From assembly GCA_031835245.2 (NCBI GenBank), contig JAVKOQ020000002.1:248001-312000 (forward strand): a stretch of DNA of 64,000 nt, written 5' to 3'. A model generated the notes under the pieces. The model was not told where the DNA came from and made no database searches. It saw nothing but the letters and a program-made list of their open reading frames with translations. The DNA is from Balamuthia mandrillaris. Taxonomy: Eukaryota. The first letter of the stretch is position 1. Each line of letters starts with the position of its first letter. Both the position numbers and the translations under genes were made by a program. Below, piece after piece: positions 11,135 through 23,613 of the stretch.

Positions 11135-12301
11135 TTATTCCACAGGACATCCGTTCTCTACGGCCCATTGCAACAGCTCCAAGTTATCACTTTCTGCTGC
11201 TTCAATGCAGGTGTCTTTATCCCAAGGGCAGCCGTTCTCTCTGGCCCACTTCAGCACCTCCAAATGACCTCCTATCGCTGCTCCAACACACGTTTCGGCA
11301 TCCCAAGGGCATCCCTTCTCTCTGGCCCACTTCAGCACATCCAAATGACCTCCTATCGCTGCTCTAACACACGTTCCGACATCCCAAGGGCATCCGTTCT
11401 CTCTGGCCCACTTCAGCACTTCCAAATGCCCTTCCTCTGCTGCATCTCCACACGTTTCGGCATCCCAAGGGCATCCGTTCTCTCTGGCCCATTTAAGTAC
11501 GTCCAAATGGCCTCCCGCTGCCGCCAAGGCGCATGTGTTTGCATCCCAAGGGCATCCGTTCGCTCTGGCCCACTTCAGCACCTCCAAATGACCTCCTCTT
11601 GCTGCTTCAATACACGTTCTTGCTCCCCAAGGGCTGCCGTTCTCTCTGGCCCACTTCAGCACATCCAAATGACCTCCTATCGCTGCTCCAACACACGTTC
11701 CGACATCCCAAGGGCAGCCGTTCTCTCTGGCCCACTTCAGCACATCCAAATGACCTCCTATTGCTGCATCTCCACACGTTTCGGCATCCCAAGGGCAGCC
11801 GTTCTCTCTGGCCCATTTTAGTACTTCCAAACGTCCACCCATGGAAGCCATGGCACAGGTGTCCTCATTCCAAGGGCAGCCTTGCTCTCTGGCCCATTTC
11901 AGCACTTCCAAGTGGCCTCCTTTGGCTGCGCTGGTGCAGACTTGCTCACCCCAAGGGCAGCCTTGCTCTCGCACCCATTTCAACACCTCTAAAGCCCCGT
12001 TGCTTGCTGCCGCTTCATAAACGGCCTCGGCGGCCTCGGGCAAAGAGAGTCCGTTGCACAAGGACCAGCGAAGCAACGGCACGGTGCGGCTGGCGGATCG
12101 AACGGAAAGGCGGTGGCGGAGGGGAGGGGGACAGCAGGCGAACCATCGCGTGCACGTCCGCGCAGCCACCGACACCATGTCCTCAGGCAGCTGCTCAAAC
12201 ACGTGACAAACCAGTTCCTCTGGCAACAGCTCTTCCACCCAACACTTGTCTCGAAGGGCGTCTTCTCCAGCGGCGGGCAGCCGTTCCTCCTTCCTCTGCA
12301 T
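11135..12301 (-). CDS. Intronless F-box-like + ankyrin-like repeat protein (giant-virus/amoeba type), about 388 aa
   Basis: Likely ATG at 12301 (MQRKEERLP..). LLPEELVCHVF..AARTCTRW is followed by about 11 near-identical 25-aa repeats CPWDAETCxxAAxGGHLEVLKWARENG. Paralogue of 5899-7056. Confidence 0.9.
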   Translation of the reverse strand: MQRKEERLPAAGEDALRDKCWVEELLPEELVCHVFEQLPEDMVSVAARTCTRWFACCPPPLRHRLSVRSASRTVPLLRWSLCNGLSLPEAAEAVYEAAASNGALEVLKWVREQGCPWGEQVCTSAAKGGHLEVLKWAREQGCPWNEDTCAMASMGGRLEVLKWARENGCPWDAETCGDAAIGGHLDVLKWARENGCPWDVGTCVGAAIGGHLDVLKWARENGSPWGARTCIEAARGGHLEVLKWARANGCPWDANTCALAAAGGHLDVLKWARENGCPWDAETCGDAAEEGHLEVLKWARENGCPWDVGTCVRAAIGGHLDVLKWAREKGCPWDAETCVGAAIGGHLEVLKWARENGCPWDKDTCIEAAESDNLELLQWAVENGCPVE

Positions 12302-12461
12302 GACCTCTTCCTTCGTTTCCACGCGCGTGCAGCGAGTCCTATTAATATAGAGTCCTCCCCACGACGTCACGACAATAGGGTGTCCGTTAAGCCAACAAGA
12401 AAAAGAAAAGAGAAGCGAGCGTTGTTCTGTCCATCCGCGGAGCGCGAAGCCAAAGGAGAGG

Positions 12462-13720
12462 ATGCACAAAGCGACCATGATCCACGGGGAAGAAAATAAC
12501 AACGGCCAGCATCGCAGCAGCAACAGCGCCTCGCCGGCTCACCTTCAAGGCGTTTCCCTGCTGGACAGGAGGGAGCTTCGGCTGAGGGAGTGGCACCAGT
12601 GCGTGAGCAACACGCTCCACTGGGACCGCATGCACAGGGAGCTGGCCTACCAGGTGGACGGGCGAAGGAGGAAGATCCTCTCCCGCTTCTCCTACCTCCG
12701 CTTGGAGGGCTGCCAGCAGATGCAGGACCTGATGAAGCTCATCATCACCGCTCCTCCCGAGGACTCTCTCCTCTCCATCTTCTTGGAGCTCCAAAACGAC
12801 AAGGACCGCAATGGTACTCTCCTTTCTTACTTCTTAGTTCTGCTTTCTCCGTTCGCTCTTCTCTCCTCTCTATTCTCTCTTTTCTCTGCGCTCATCTCGT
12901 TCTCTCGTCTCTTCGCGCTTCTCTCTTCTGGTTTACGCACGAATAGTGACTGCGATATTTTTGGAGTCCGTCCTGTCGCCAACGTTCATGGCAGAAGTCA
13001 GCTCGTTAAGTCCGGTGAGTTCCAGAGAGAAGCAAACCGCGCTGGAGACCATGCAAGGTCTTCTCGTGCTTCACCAGCCCAGCAAAGAATATTTTGCTCA
13101 ACTGGATGGCGTTTCGGTACTTTGGCCTGCTTCTCGTCTCTCGTCTCTCTTCTTTCTCCTCTTCTTTCTAAACCATTGAAATTACACCAGAGCTGTTTAA
13201 AGCTGTTGCAATCGGAACAAAGGTCGTTCTTGGGAGTACCTTGCTTGCAGGTGTTGCTCTCCGCGATGATCGGCAGTGATGCCACCAACCGGCTGTGCTT
13301 CGAGGAAGAAGATGGTTATCTTCACCTCCTCGCCATTCTTAAACAACGAAAAGCTAGTAAGCGTACCAGGTTGGATCCTTTCTTTCTTTCTTCTTGCTTC
13401 CTTCATCTGTCTTCACACTGCTTACTCCTTGTATCTTGTGTCTTGCTTCTCCGATGTTCTTTGTTTTCTCCTCCAAAACAAAATCTAAAACAAAACTGAA
13501 ACTAAAACAACATAGGTACCATTGTGCAGAGTTCATGAGCCATGCAGGACAATACTTTGGAGCGAACGAAAAGCTAACAAAGCTGATGGGGGAGAGGCTT
13601 TGGAGCTTGATTGCGCGGCATACCTTCACTCAATCACCATCCAAGCAATGCATATTTGCTTTGGTGGAAGCAATTGATGAAGTGCTTCTGGCTTCGGCAC
13701 CTGTAGACAGCGGAATATGA
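12462..13720 (+). CDS. Septation-initiation-network Cdc14-like protein (S. pombe cdc14 family, not the phosphatase)
   Basis: Spliced reading contains LELQND, ALETMQGLLVLHQPSKEYF, CLQVLLSAMIG..NRLCFEEEDG and CAEF, resembling the fungal CDC14/SIN family pattern (LQGxLLLHxPSr.F ... NxRxFEExDG ... EF). Confidence 0.6.
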
Positions 13721-13801
13721 AGAAGAAGAACAAGAAGAACAAGAAGAAAGAAGCAACAAAAAGAAATTGTAACGTAAAAAGAAGTGACGTTGTTGTTTCA
13801 G

Positions 13802-16594
13802 TTAATGGCGCATGTGAGCTCTGTGCTCATTAACAGTATCAATAAGATGTTGAACCACGCTTTCATCTGCGCGTTTTTGGAAAAGTTAGTGACTGCACAA
13901 AAAAACTTTAAAAGATCCAAAGAACAAACCAGCTAACGTGGAAGTGTCTCCCAAATCTTCAGGGCTAGACTCTCCAGAGGCGATCTTTCGCAACAAACGT
14001 CTCATGATTTTACCGCTTCTGGTCTTTGGCAGTCCCGTCACAAACACTATGTGATCCGGTGTCGCAAATGGACCTATAAACGATTTTTTTTGAGAAGAGA
14101 GCAGCGAAGCAGAGAAGGAAAAGACACGCAGCGAAGAGTAAAAGTAAGAAGAGTAAAGATAGAAAGACGCGAAAGGAACAAACCGATGTGTCGGCGAACT
14201 TCCATCTTCAACTCGGCGGCCAAATTTTCAGTTCCTTCGTAGCGTTCTTTCAGCACACAATAACAGAAAATGGCGCTCCTTTTTTTGTATATCACCAGTT
14301 TCAACAAGGGTTTTTAAAAAACAAAGACAAAGAAATAAACAAAACAGCATAATACCCTTTAATGTCATGGGGAATGGCAATGACAGCAGCTTCATTGCAT
14401 GAAACATGTGCAACCAAAGAGTTCTCGATTTCAGCAGTACCCAAACGATGTCCAGACACGTTAATAACATCTATCTTATTAACACCCCAACGAGCCCGCA
14501 AGAGGGAGAGAGGGTAAGCGAGTGAGAACAGCAAGAAAAAAAAAAGGAAACGGACCATCAACGCGGCCAGTAATCCAGTAGAAGCCGTCTGAGTCACGAC
14601 GAGCGCCATCACCGGTGAAGTAATACCCCTTGTAAGCCTATTTGTACGTTGCAAAAAAGTCAGTCATTGCTGATATTGACAGCCCACAAGTTTTATGCAA
14701 GGAGAAGAGGACGAGACATACGTGCATGTACGTGCGAAGGTAACGTTGATGATCACCTAATACAGTTCTGATGGAAACGAATAAGCGACAGCGGAATAAT
14801 TAGGAAAATTGGGAAAGTAACCTTGAAATACCAGGCCAAGGATGCGACAATGCCAACAGACCTTTTGAAAAATGCAGAATAAGGGCAAATCGAGAAGAGG
14901 AGGGAGGAAGAAGACAAAGGAGAGGAGGTCAAACCCTCGGCTTCAGTTTCGGTGATGGGTTGTCCAGATTGCCCATCCAACAACGCCGGTTGTACGCCAA
15001 AGAAAGGAAGACCTGCAGAACCAGGTTTGCTCGGCACTGCTCCTGGCAAAGACGTTATTAATATACCGCCCTTTTGTTAACAGAAAGTGAAAATGGGTGA
15101 GCAAGAATGAAGAAAAGAAAAGAAAAGAGAAAAGAAAACTCACAGTTTCAGTTTGCCAGTACGTGTCAACAATGCTGCATTTGCCTTCACCAACGATCTC
15201 ATAATACCATTTCCATGCAGTTGGATTAATAGGCTACATACAAGCCACAAAACAATAATAAGAAAGAAGAAAAACAAACTACAAACAAAACAGAAGCAGA
15301 TGTACCTCTCCAACACTGCCCAAAATGCGGAGTGAAGAACGATCATACTTTTTAACTATATCATTGCCAGCTTTCATGATGGCACGGATGGCCTGTTTTG
15401 GAGTAAGTGGGAGAGAGCATGAAGAGCGGATAAGTATTAACGAGAATGCAGGATGAAAACAACGCAGTATACCGTTGGCGCAGTATAGAAGATGGTAACT
15501 TTGTGTCTCTCGACAACGTCCCAATAACGACCAGCTGTTTCGCAGAGAGCAGAGGATTAGAGCAAGAGAAATAGAAATAATGCAGGATTTATAAGGACGG
15601 GATACCATCAGGGTAAAGGGGAGTTGATTCAAACATCAATGTCGTTGCTCCATTGCACAGCTTTAGCAGGGAAATAGACAATAAGCAAAATAGAAAAGAG
15701 AAAGATAGAAGGAAAAATGCATAATACCGGTCCGTAAACAATGTAGCTATGGCCAGTTATCCAGCCAACATCAGCGACGCAAGCATAAATGTCGCTGTCA
15801 GGATGACAGTCAAAGACGAAGCGATGGGTGACGGACGTGTACAGCAAATATCCAGCAATCGTATGCATAAGTCCTTTGGGCTTGCCAGTACTGCCAGAGG
15901 TGTAGAGGAGGAAGAGAGGATCATCACTATCCATTGCCTCACATGGACAATAAGGCCTTTGCGCATCCTTTTGATAGTATTTTGTTATTTAGTGTTCATA
16001 TGAGATTCGGAAGAAGAGAGAGTGAAAGAGAAACAACGAAAGAGGAACAGAGGAAACATGAGAGTAGAAAATATACCATAGCCTCTTTCAAGTCGATGTC
16101 ACGAGGAGGGTGGAAAGGAACATTAGCACCAGTTCTCTTGTGCACGAATACTGTCTGTGATCGAGTGTTATAACACAACCTCATTTGTTTCAAAAATAAG
16201 TCAAAAAATGGTAACCTTGACGTCAGGACAACCAAGAAGGGCTTCGTCTACTGTTTCTTTAAGTGGAATGATGCGGCCACCACGTTTGCCCTATTGAAAG
16301 AAAGAGAAGGAATGAAGTACAGAACAAGTAAGGATCACAATAAGAGAGAGGAGAGGGTTGGGTTCAAAGGGTAAATGTACTTGATCAGCAGTGATAAGGA
16401 CGGTGGATTTAGCATCCAGGATGCGCTGTCGGAGAGCTTCAGCGCTAAATCCAGCGAAAACAACACTGCCATTGCACGAGAGAATCATTTAGAATAAAAT
16501 CGGTAAACGTTAACCAAGCAAACACATAATAGATGTACCTATGCGGTGCACCAATTCTGGCACAAGCAAGCATCGCTACTATAGCCTAAAAGAG

Positions 16595-16631
<37 letters not shown>

Positions 16632-17576
16632 GGAAGCAACAATGAAGTCAACACAAAGACATTGGCTAGCGGGAAGCAAATAATATATACCTCGGGAACC
16701 ATAGGCATGTAAATAGCAACAACGTCTCCTTTCTTCACGCCTACCGACTTGAGCACATTTGCCATCTTGCTAACTTCTCTCAGCAGCTCCCTGAACGGTG
16801 TCCACCGTTATTTCATCTGCTTCGTTTGAAATAGCGGTCCAACCACCACAAAAGAAGAAGAATACAAACGTACCCATAGGTGACCTTCTTAACCATTGAT
16901 GGCTCGTCTCCTATTGATAAATAAGCACGGGAGATGAGAGGTGAGAGAAGGAGACAGAAAAGAGGACAAGAGAACGAGAGATGAAAGATGAGAAGAGAGA
17001 ACAAGACAAGTGAAGAGAAGGAGAGAGAATGAGAGAAGCAGAGAGAAGCGAGAGGGAGGTGTACCTTCCCAAAGAATGGCAACCTTGTCAGGGTTCTGAA
17101 AGACATGACGGTCCACGCACTGGTAGCACGCGTTCAGTTGACCTCCGAGAAACCACGCTATGTCTCCATGCTCAAACGATCTTTTTTTTAAAAAAAAATG
17201 AAAGCAAACCCCACTGTTATGTTTCATCCTCCTTCTTCTCTCAACACAAGCAGACATACCCAGTTTGTACGTGATGAAAAGGTCTGTACCACGTTAACAT
17301 CTCAGCAGCCAACTAGAGAGAAAGAGGGAGGGAGGGGTGAGAAGAAGAAGAAGCAGAACAAGCACGAAAGGAACAAAGGAAGGAGAGCAAAAAAACCTCG
17401 CCCCAGAACGCCTCGGGCTCCGAGACGCTCCTTTCGTACATCTTTTGGTACTGCTCGAGGCTGTTGATGTAGGCGGAGGCCTGGATGCCCGGAGGGGGCA
17501 CGTAAAACGCCTCCTCCCCTCGCTGCTTCTTCGTGGGTCCTTGGTGGTTCGACTCCTTCTCCTTTTCAATCTCCAT
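13802..17576 (-). CDS. ACS: Acetyl-CoA synthetase (AMP-forming; many exons)
   Basis: [104 protein letters not shown]. Confidence 0.96.
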
Positions 17577-17632
17577 CCTCTCTCACAAAAATCTGGCCAT
17601 GTAACAAAACAAATTAAACAGATCTCAGAAGT

Positions 17633-17680
<48 letters not shown>

Positions 17681-18089
17681 CAAGACTCACCAAACAAAAA
17701 GAAGTGCACAGGGGGGAGGGACACACGCAGAGAGCAGGAAGAAGAAAGGTTTGACCAAAACGAAATCACAAAAACTAAACGAAAACTTTCTTTCTTCGCT
17801 TTGACCTCACGCTCGTTCTTGAGGAAAGGGCAAAATATGTCCAAGCCGCGACGCTGCCAGGGGGAGGGTTCTCAGCGCAGACAATTCGGATGGGAGAGGC
17901 CGGACCGTTGAATTCGTCGCCAAAGGGAATGCGGAATGCTGCCAGCAGCTCTTCGAAGAAAGAAGAAGCAGCTGCTAGTCATTCGTTGCGACAGAAGGCC
18001 TTCGGTCAGGGAGGGGGAAGGTCTTCCCAAAAGAGGGGGGAGCATGGGGAAGTCTCAATACTTTGCTTAGGAATAAATGTTTTTGTTAT

Positions 18090-21000
18090 TCAGCTAGTTT
18101 GTGGCGAGGAAGCATCCTCCGCTCCTCCTCCTCCTCCTCGGCCGTGGGTTTGGTGGTGGTGGTGATGGTGCATGACATCCACAAAGTTCCACTCCTCCTC
18201 GTAGACCGTCACCCGCAAATGGGCCGCTTCGTCCTCGTTTCCGGCCTCCTCCCTCTCTGGCTGCGGTTGCTGGGATTGCTGCATGGCAAAAGTGAAGAAG
18301 CTCATGCCTCCAAACTCGACCTGCTCTTGGGAGGGAGCCAAGCCCATGAAGGAGTACCTCCAGAGCCCTCTCAGCTTCCATCGGCACCACAGCTGGCCGT
18401 TCTGTTTTGGAATGTGCTCCACCATCTGAATGGAGAAGGAGAGACCCTCAAAGACCTGGTGAAGGTGCTTTATGCAGTTGAGCAATGCCTTGAAGCCTTG
18501 TTCTTGTTTGGTCTTGTCCGGAATGGAGCGCGAGCTCAGACCCATGAGCTTCACGTTCGGTGCGAAGAGGACGGACAAGTCTATTTGCTGAACCGTTAGA
18601 CAAACGAACAAAAGAACACAAAAGAGACGGGCAGAAGAGGAAGGAACGGAGCAGCGACGAAAGAGAGAAAGAAGAGAGAAAAAACAGTACTTTTGAGTTG
18701 TCCAGTGTTGATGGCGTCGAAGAAAGACATCAAGTAGAGCTTCTTGCTTTCAAGATCCGGATCCACTGAAGACAACGTTCGAGCGGGAGTGGCAGAGGAT
18801 GAAGGAGCGGAAGAGGAAGAAGAACCAGCAGTAGAGGTTGACGGCGCTGCCGAAGGGGAAGAGGCATCTGCGGAAGCTGAGGCAGGGGGTTTAGGCTTTT
18901 TAGGTTTGGTCACATTCTCCGTCTTGAGGCTGAACTTTCTGCCAGGAAAAGGCAGAAAGAAGGTCATCCGGTTGGGATAGACCAGCCTGTCCCGGACAAA
19001 CTTTTTGAGGGTGGTGACCAAGTACTTATCCACTTTGGGCAGCCAGTTGACTTGTCGGTATTTCTCCCCGATCTCCACCCGAACGCCGATGTCCGTCTCT
19101 GGCATCTCTGCAAAGGATGCTCTGAACCGTTCCATCAGCTTTGGAGGTCCGTAGATATGTAACTGTTTGCGTGTTGTTGCTCAGTGCTTTGGTTTTTAAA
19201 AAAAAGGAAGAAGAAAGGAGAATGAAGAATGGAGAAGAAAGCAGAAGAATGGCAGCGAAGGGGGGAAACAAAAGTACTTTGCCGGAGATGCGAGAAATGG
19301 TGAGAGTGATCTTCATTGGGATGGTGGCGAAGCGATCCCTTGGCCAGTTGATGTACACCTCTGTGCTGACGGAAACACTGAACCCTCCGTTATAGTCCAG
19401 CAATGCCTCTCCGATCTATTGCCGCAAAAAGCTTCAAGTTAACAAAATGAAGAGAAGCGAAAGGGTAAAAAAAGCAAAAGAATGCAACGAGCAAAAAGAA
19501 AGAAGCAAAGGAAAGAAAGTGGGAGAGCAAGAGAGAGAGAGAGAGCTTACCACTTCATTTTCCAAGCATCCACGCAACAACTTTATTTTTTGTACTCTCA
19601 AAAAGGAACTACCCACATCTATATTACTTATTTTTATAGGTCCCTATTATCGTGGAATAGAAAAGAAGAAAGAATGTCAGAAGAAGAAGTAGAAGAACAA
19701 GAAGAACAAGAAGAGAGGAGAATGTTTAACGCACAAGATAAGCAGGACGTTTCTTCTTGGCGTCAAACTTGCGCTGCAAACGTCTGGCCAGACCTTCCTT
19801 GAAGACAGTGGATTGCTGCATGTCCGCAAAGTCTCTTTCCAGGATGATGTTGAACCACTCGCATTGCAGCCATTCGCTCTGCATAAGGCGATTCCTGTTC
19901 TCCACAGCAAAACTGTGGAAAGCGTTTTCCTGGTTGCCAGAAGCAGCAGAGGAAGATGAAGGTGAGGAGGAAGAAGCAGATGGAAAATTAGGAGAAGAAG
20001 GGTTTGAAGATGATGACGCAGAAGATGGTGGAGCTAAGGAGGTGGAAGTCGCAGCAGATGAAGCAGTTGTTGTTTGTGGTGCTGGTGTCGAAGAGGCAAA
20101 AGCGGATATTGTTGTTGTTGGAATGGAATCGGTCTGAAGCTCATTAAGCGAGTTGGTTTTAGCTGTTTTCTCATCTTCTTTTTGTTTATGTTGTTGTTTT
20201 GGTGACTCTTGTTGTGGTTGCTGGTGTTTTTGTGTTGGGTCTTTTTGAAGAATGTAAGAAGAGGAAGGAGAAGACGTTGGCGAAGAGGAAGCAGAAGAAG
20301 CAGCAGAAGGTTGAATAGTAGAAGTGGAAGAGAATGAGGCGTCGCTTGTTATGCTTGAAAATGATGCATCATCAGAGTTGAGAGTGAAGGAGTCGGTTGA
20401 AAGGTCTTGGCTTGGACGTCGTCGAGGACTAGGAAGAGCATTGTTTGGGAGTGGAGGAGTAGCAGAGAGGGACATGGCCATTTGGGCGAGGCCTGACGTT
20501 TTGGAAGCCAGCTTGATGCCTTTCTCAATCGCTTTCACCCATTTGGCCAGAGTTTCTGTGAAGCGAGTTAGTACTCAGCAAAGCAGAATGAATAAACAAG
20601 AAAGAAAGAAGGCCAACCTTCGGATCCTGCACGAAGTATACATTTATCGGTCTGAGTACGAAACACTGTTGCGTTGAAAGGAAGACCGTCAGGCCGCGTG
20701 GTGCTGTAGAGGCTAGCACCGCTCTTGTTGAAGATCTTGAAGGTAAGCGTGCGGAAGGGATCCACCGCCGCCTTTTCTTTGTTCTTCTTCCTCTTCTTTA
20801 CTTTACATCCTCTTAACCGTATCAACCCTAAACAATCCTTTGCGTTCGTCTCCGACTAAACATGTTCGATAGAAAGTAACTTTAGCATTCAACAACAAGA
20901 GAAGAGAACGCGAGAAGAGGGAAGAGAACCTTGTTTTTGAAGTAACGGAGAGATTTGGAGTCCACAATAAACCACCAAGTTGAGAAGCAAGACAACCCCT

Positions 21001-21933
21001 TATCCTGTCCTGCATTCAACATTTCCAACCATCCTTCATGATACGATGACGACGAGGAAGAAAAACGAAGAAGCTGAACCACCTTCAGAGCCGCTCAATT
21101 CTCCACTTTCGCGTCCCTCTGAAGCGGTTGAGACAACGGAAACCGCTGCCTTTTCTTCGGCCTTGGAAATCGCTGTACGAATGGCTGACAACCAATCCAA
21201 CATATCCGCATCCGAAGAAGCTTTCATAGTGATCCTATAAGACTTTGACCTGCTTTTGTTGTTGATTGTTGATGTCGATGGAGGTAATATCATCGTTGGA
21301 ATAAGAAGAAGGAAGTCCTCCTTTGTCCTTTTCTTTGGCGATATTATCCGACGAGTTTCGTTTGGGAGTGACAAAGACTTCTCCAGAAGCACGACCCGTT
21401 TTTTTGGAGAACGTGGCCGACTTTTTCTTTTCCTTCTCCGCTCGTTTTCGTTCCTTCTCTTCGTCCTTTTGTTCCTTCTTCATTCGTTTCTTTTCTTCTT
21501 TCTTGATGCTTTCGCTGTTCTTCCTTCCATCTTGCTGTGGTAAAGCAGACGGAGATGAAGAGGCTGGAGAAAAGAAAGAGGGCTCGACCAGTTCTTCTTC
21601 ATCGCTGCTATCTTCCCCGTCATCCTCGTCTTGTCCTTCCTTTATCTTCCTGGTGAAGATTCTTTGTTTCTCTGGATGAGCTATTTTGAAGGTTCGTTCT
21701 TTCAAGGCAATAGTGCGACAACCTTCCAACTTTATAAGACCTCTTATAGTTTTACTCTGTTTTGTATAGCAAAGGGATGAGTTAAGAGAAAAGAGAGACG
21801 AGATGAGAGAGAGAGCGGGAAGGACCTTGGGAGAAGAAAGATATGCTATTTGATCATCCACTAGAACGCACCATCGTTTATAAAAGAACTTCGCTCTATT
21901 GTCAAAAAAGACAAAGTCAGAAAACAAGGCAAA

Positions 21934-21969
<36 letters not shown>

Positions 21970-23254
21970 GAGACGAGATAGATAAAGAAAGAGGCAAACC
22001 GTTTCAAATGCAGCCACCCAGACTTTGCAATGATCTTATCCTGAAAGAAAGGATTGTTGGGTGGTTGTTGTTGTTCTGCCGCTCCATCCTCTCCTTCAGG
22101 TGTTGCGAATGCAGAGGTTGATCCTCTTCCAGGAAAAAACGGAGCTGGCATGGAGTCCGAGTAATGAGCTAAGCTCTTCTTACGGGCTTTGTCGAGCGCT
22201 TTGGCGAGTCCCATTGGAGCACCTGCTATTGTCGCTGCTCGTTTGCTTTTGGTTGCATAGGTTGTTAGTTGTGTGAAAGAGCAAAGCAATGGAAATAAAG
22301 AAACGACATAGAAAGAAAGGAAGGCAGGCAGAAAGACAGAAAGAGAGCGAAACGGTACGGAATGGAGTGAGAACGCAAGTTAGAGGGAGGCAGCAGCTGT
22401 TCGGTACTGGACACGGGAGTTGTCGTAGCAGATGTTAGGTCGCTGCTGGATGGCTCCTCCGTTGTTATCGTCGAGGCACTATCACTCTCATTGAAGCTAT
22501 GATGACTGTTGATGTTCTCGAAAGAAGAAGCAGTAGTGAACGAAGGAGTTGAAGTCGAGGTATTGGAGGAAGAAGAGAAAGAAGTGGTTGAAGGAAGGCC
22601 GGAGTCAGGAGCAGACACCGCAAGTGAAGGAAGCGCGTGGGCTTCATTTTCATTTGCGCGAGAAGCATTCATCAATTGTTGCTCAGAGAAAGAAAGTGAA
22701 GCCGAAGAAGAAGAAGAAGCCGAAGAAGGAACGGTCGAGCCTCTTCTCGAACTGATGGCAGTCGCCATCACAGCGGCGGTAGCAGCAGAAGTGGCCGCGT
22801 GAACGTTTTGTGGTTGCTGTTGCTTTTGCTTCTTCATTTCTTTCTCTCTTTTCTTCTCCTCCTCCCTGTCTTTCTTCTCCTTTTGGCGTTGTTGCTTCTC
22901 CAGCTCTTTCTCCTCTTTCTTCTGCTTCTTGATCGCCTTTTTCTTTTGGCGCGAGGAAGAAGGCACGTTCTCTGGCTCACGAATGGAAGAACCAGAGGAA
23001 GCGGAAGAAGGGACATTCGAGGAAACATTTGACGAAGAGATGGTGGAGGCAGAGGAGACTTTGTCGGGTCGCCGAACTTGGGCGTTTTGTTGCTCAGAGG
23101 GATCTTCCAGCCGGATCTGCGGCACCTTGGCGCGTAGGTAGCGCTCGTTCTTTTTGGTCTTCTTGGCGAGGAGCCATATGAGAAGGGTCACGCTGCCACC
23201 GAGAAAGAAGATGCCGCCCAATACAAACGCCAACAGATGTGAAAAGAGCGACAT
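18090..23254 (-). CDS. Membrane-anchored SMP (TULIP) lipid-transfer protein with two PH domains and a C-terminal SnoaL/NTF2-like domain
   Basis: N-terminal TM (LLAFVLGGIFFLGGSVTLLIWLL); PH1 (KSGWLHLKR..KRWCVLVDDQIAY..RGLIKLEGC..DMLDWLSAI); PH2 (HEGWLEM..WWFIVDSKSLRYFK); SMP (CEWFNIILER..LDYNGGF..ISRISGK..LPKVDKYL..RLVYPN); SnoaL-like tail (FFDAINTG..LFAPNV..WCRWKLRG..EFGGMSFF). Confidence 0.8.
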
Positions 23255-23613
23255 TTCTCTATCGTTACAAATAAAATAAACTAAAATAAAACGAGGAGAG
23301 TTGAAAAAGAAAGGTAGAGATGAAAAATGAAGCTATAACGATTGTTTGATCAAGGTGCTTAGAAGAGAGGAGAACCCTTTGCGAAAAAGTGTGGCGTTAC
23401 TTAAGAGTACACAAAAGAACAGCTGCAACTATTCTACGAAAAAAAAGGTGGAAGGAACAAAAGAAAAAAAAAAAGAAGGCGGCCGACCCCCTTCTTTCTT
23501 TTTTTTTCTCGGGCCTTTTTCTTTCTTCTTTTTCTTTTATTGTTGTTGGGCCTTTATAGCTACATTATTGACTCGAAAGGGGGCTGCATTACCGCATCGT
23601 TCGAACGCAGATT

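Noticed and set aside
5971..12303. Antisense ORFs overlapping the two ankyrin genes
   Set aside because: These are shadows of GC-rich repetitive coding sequence with no independent evidence.
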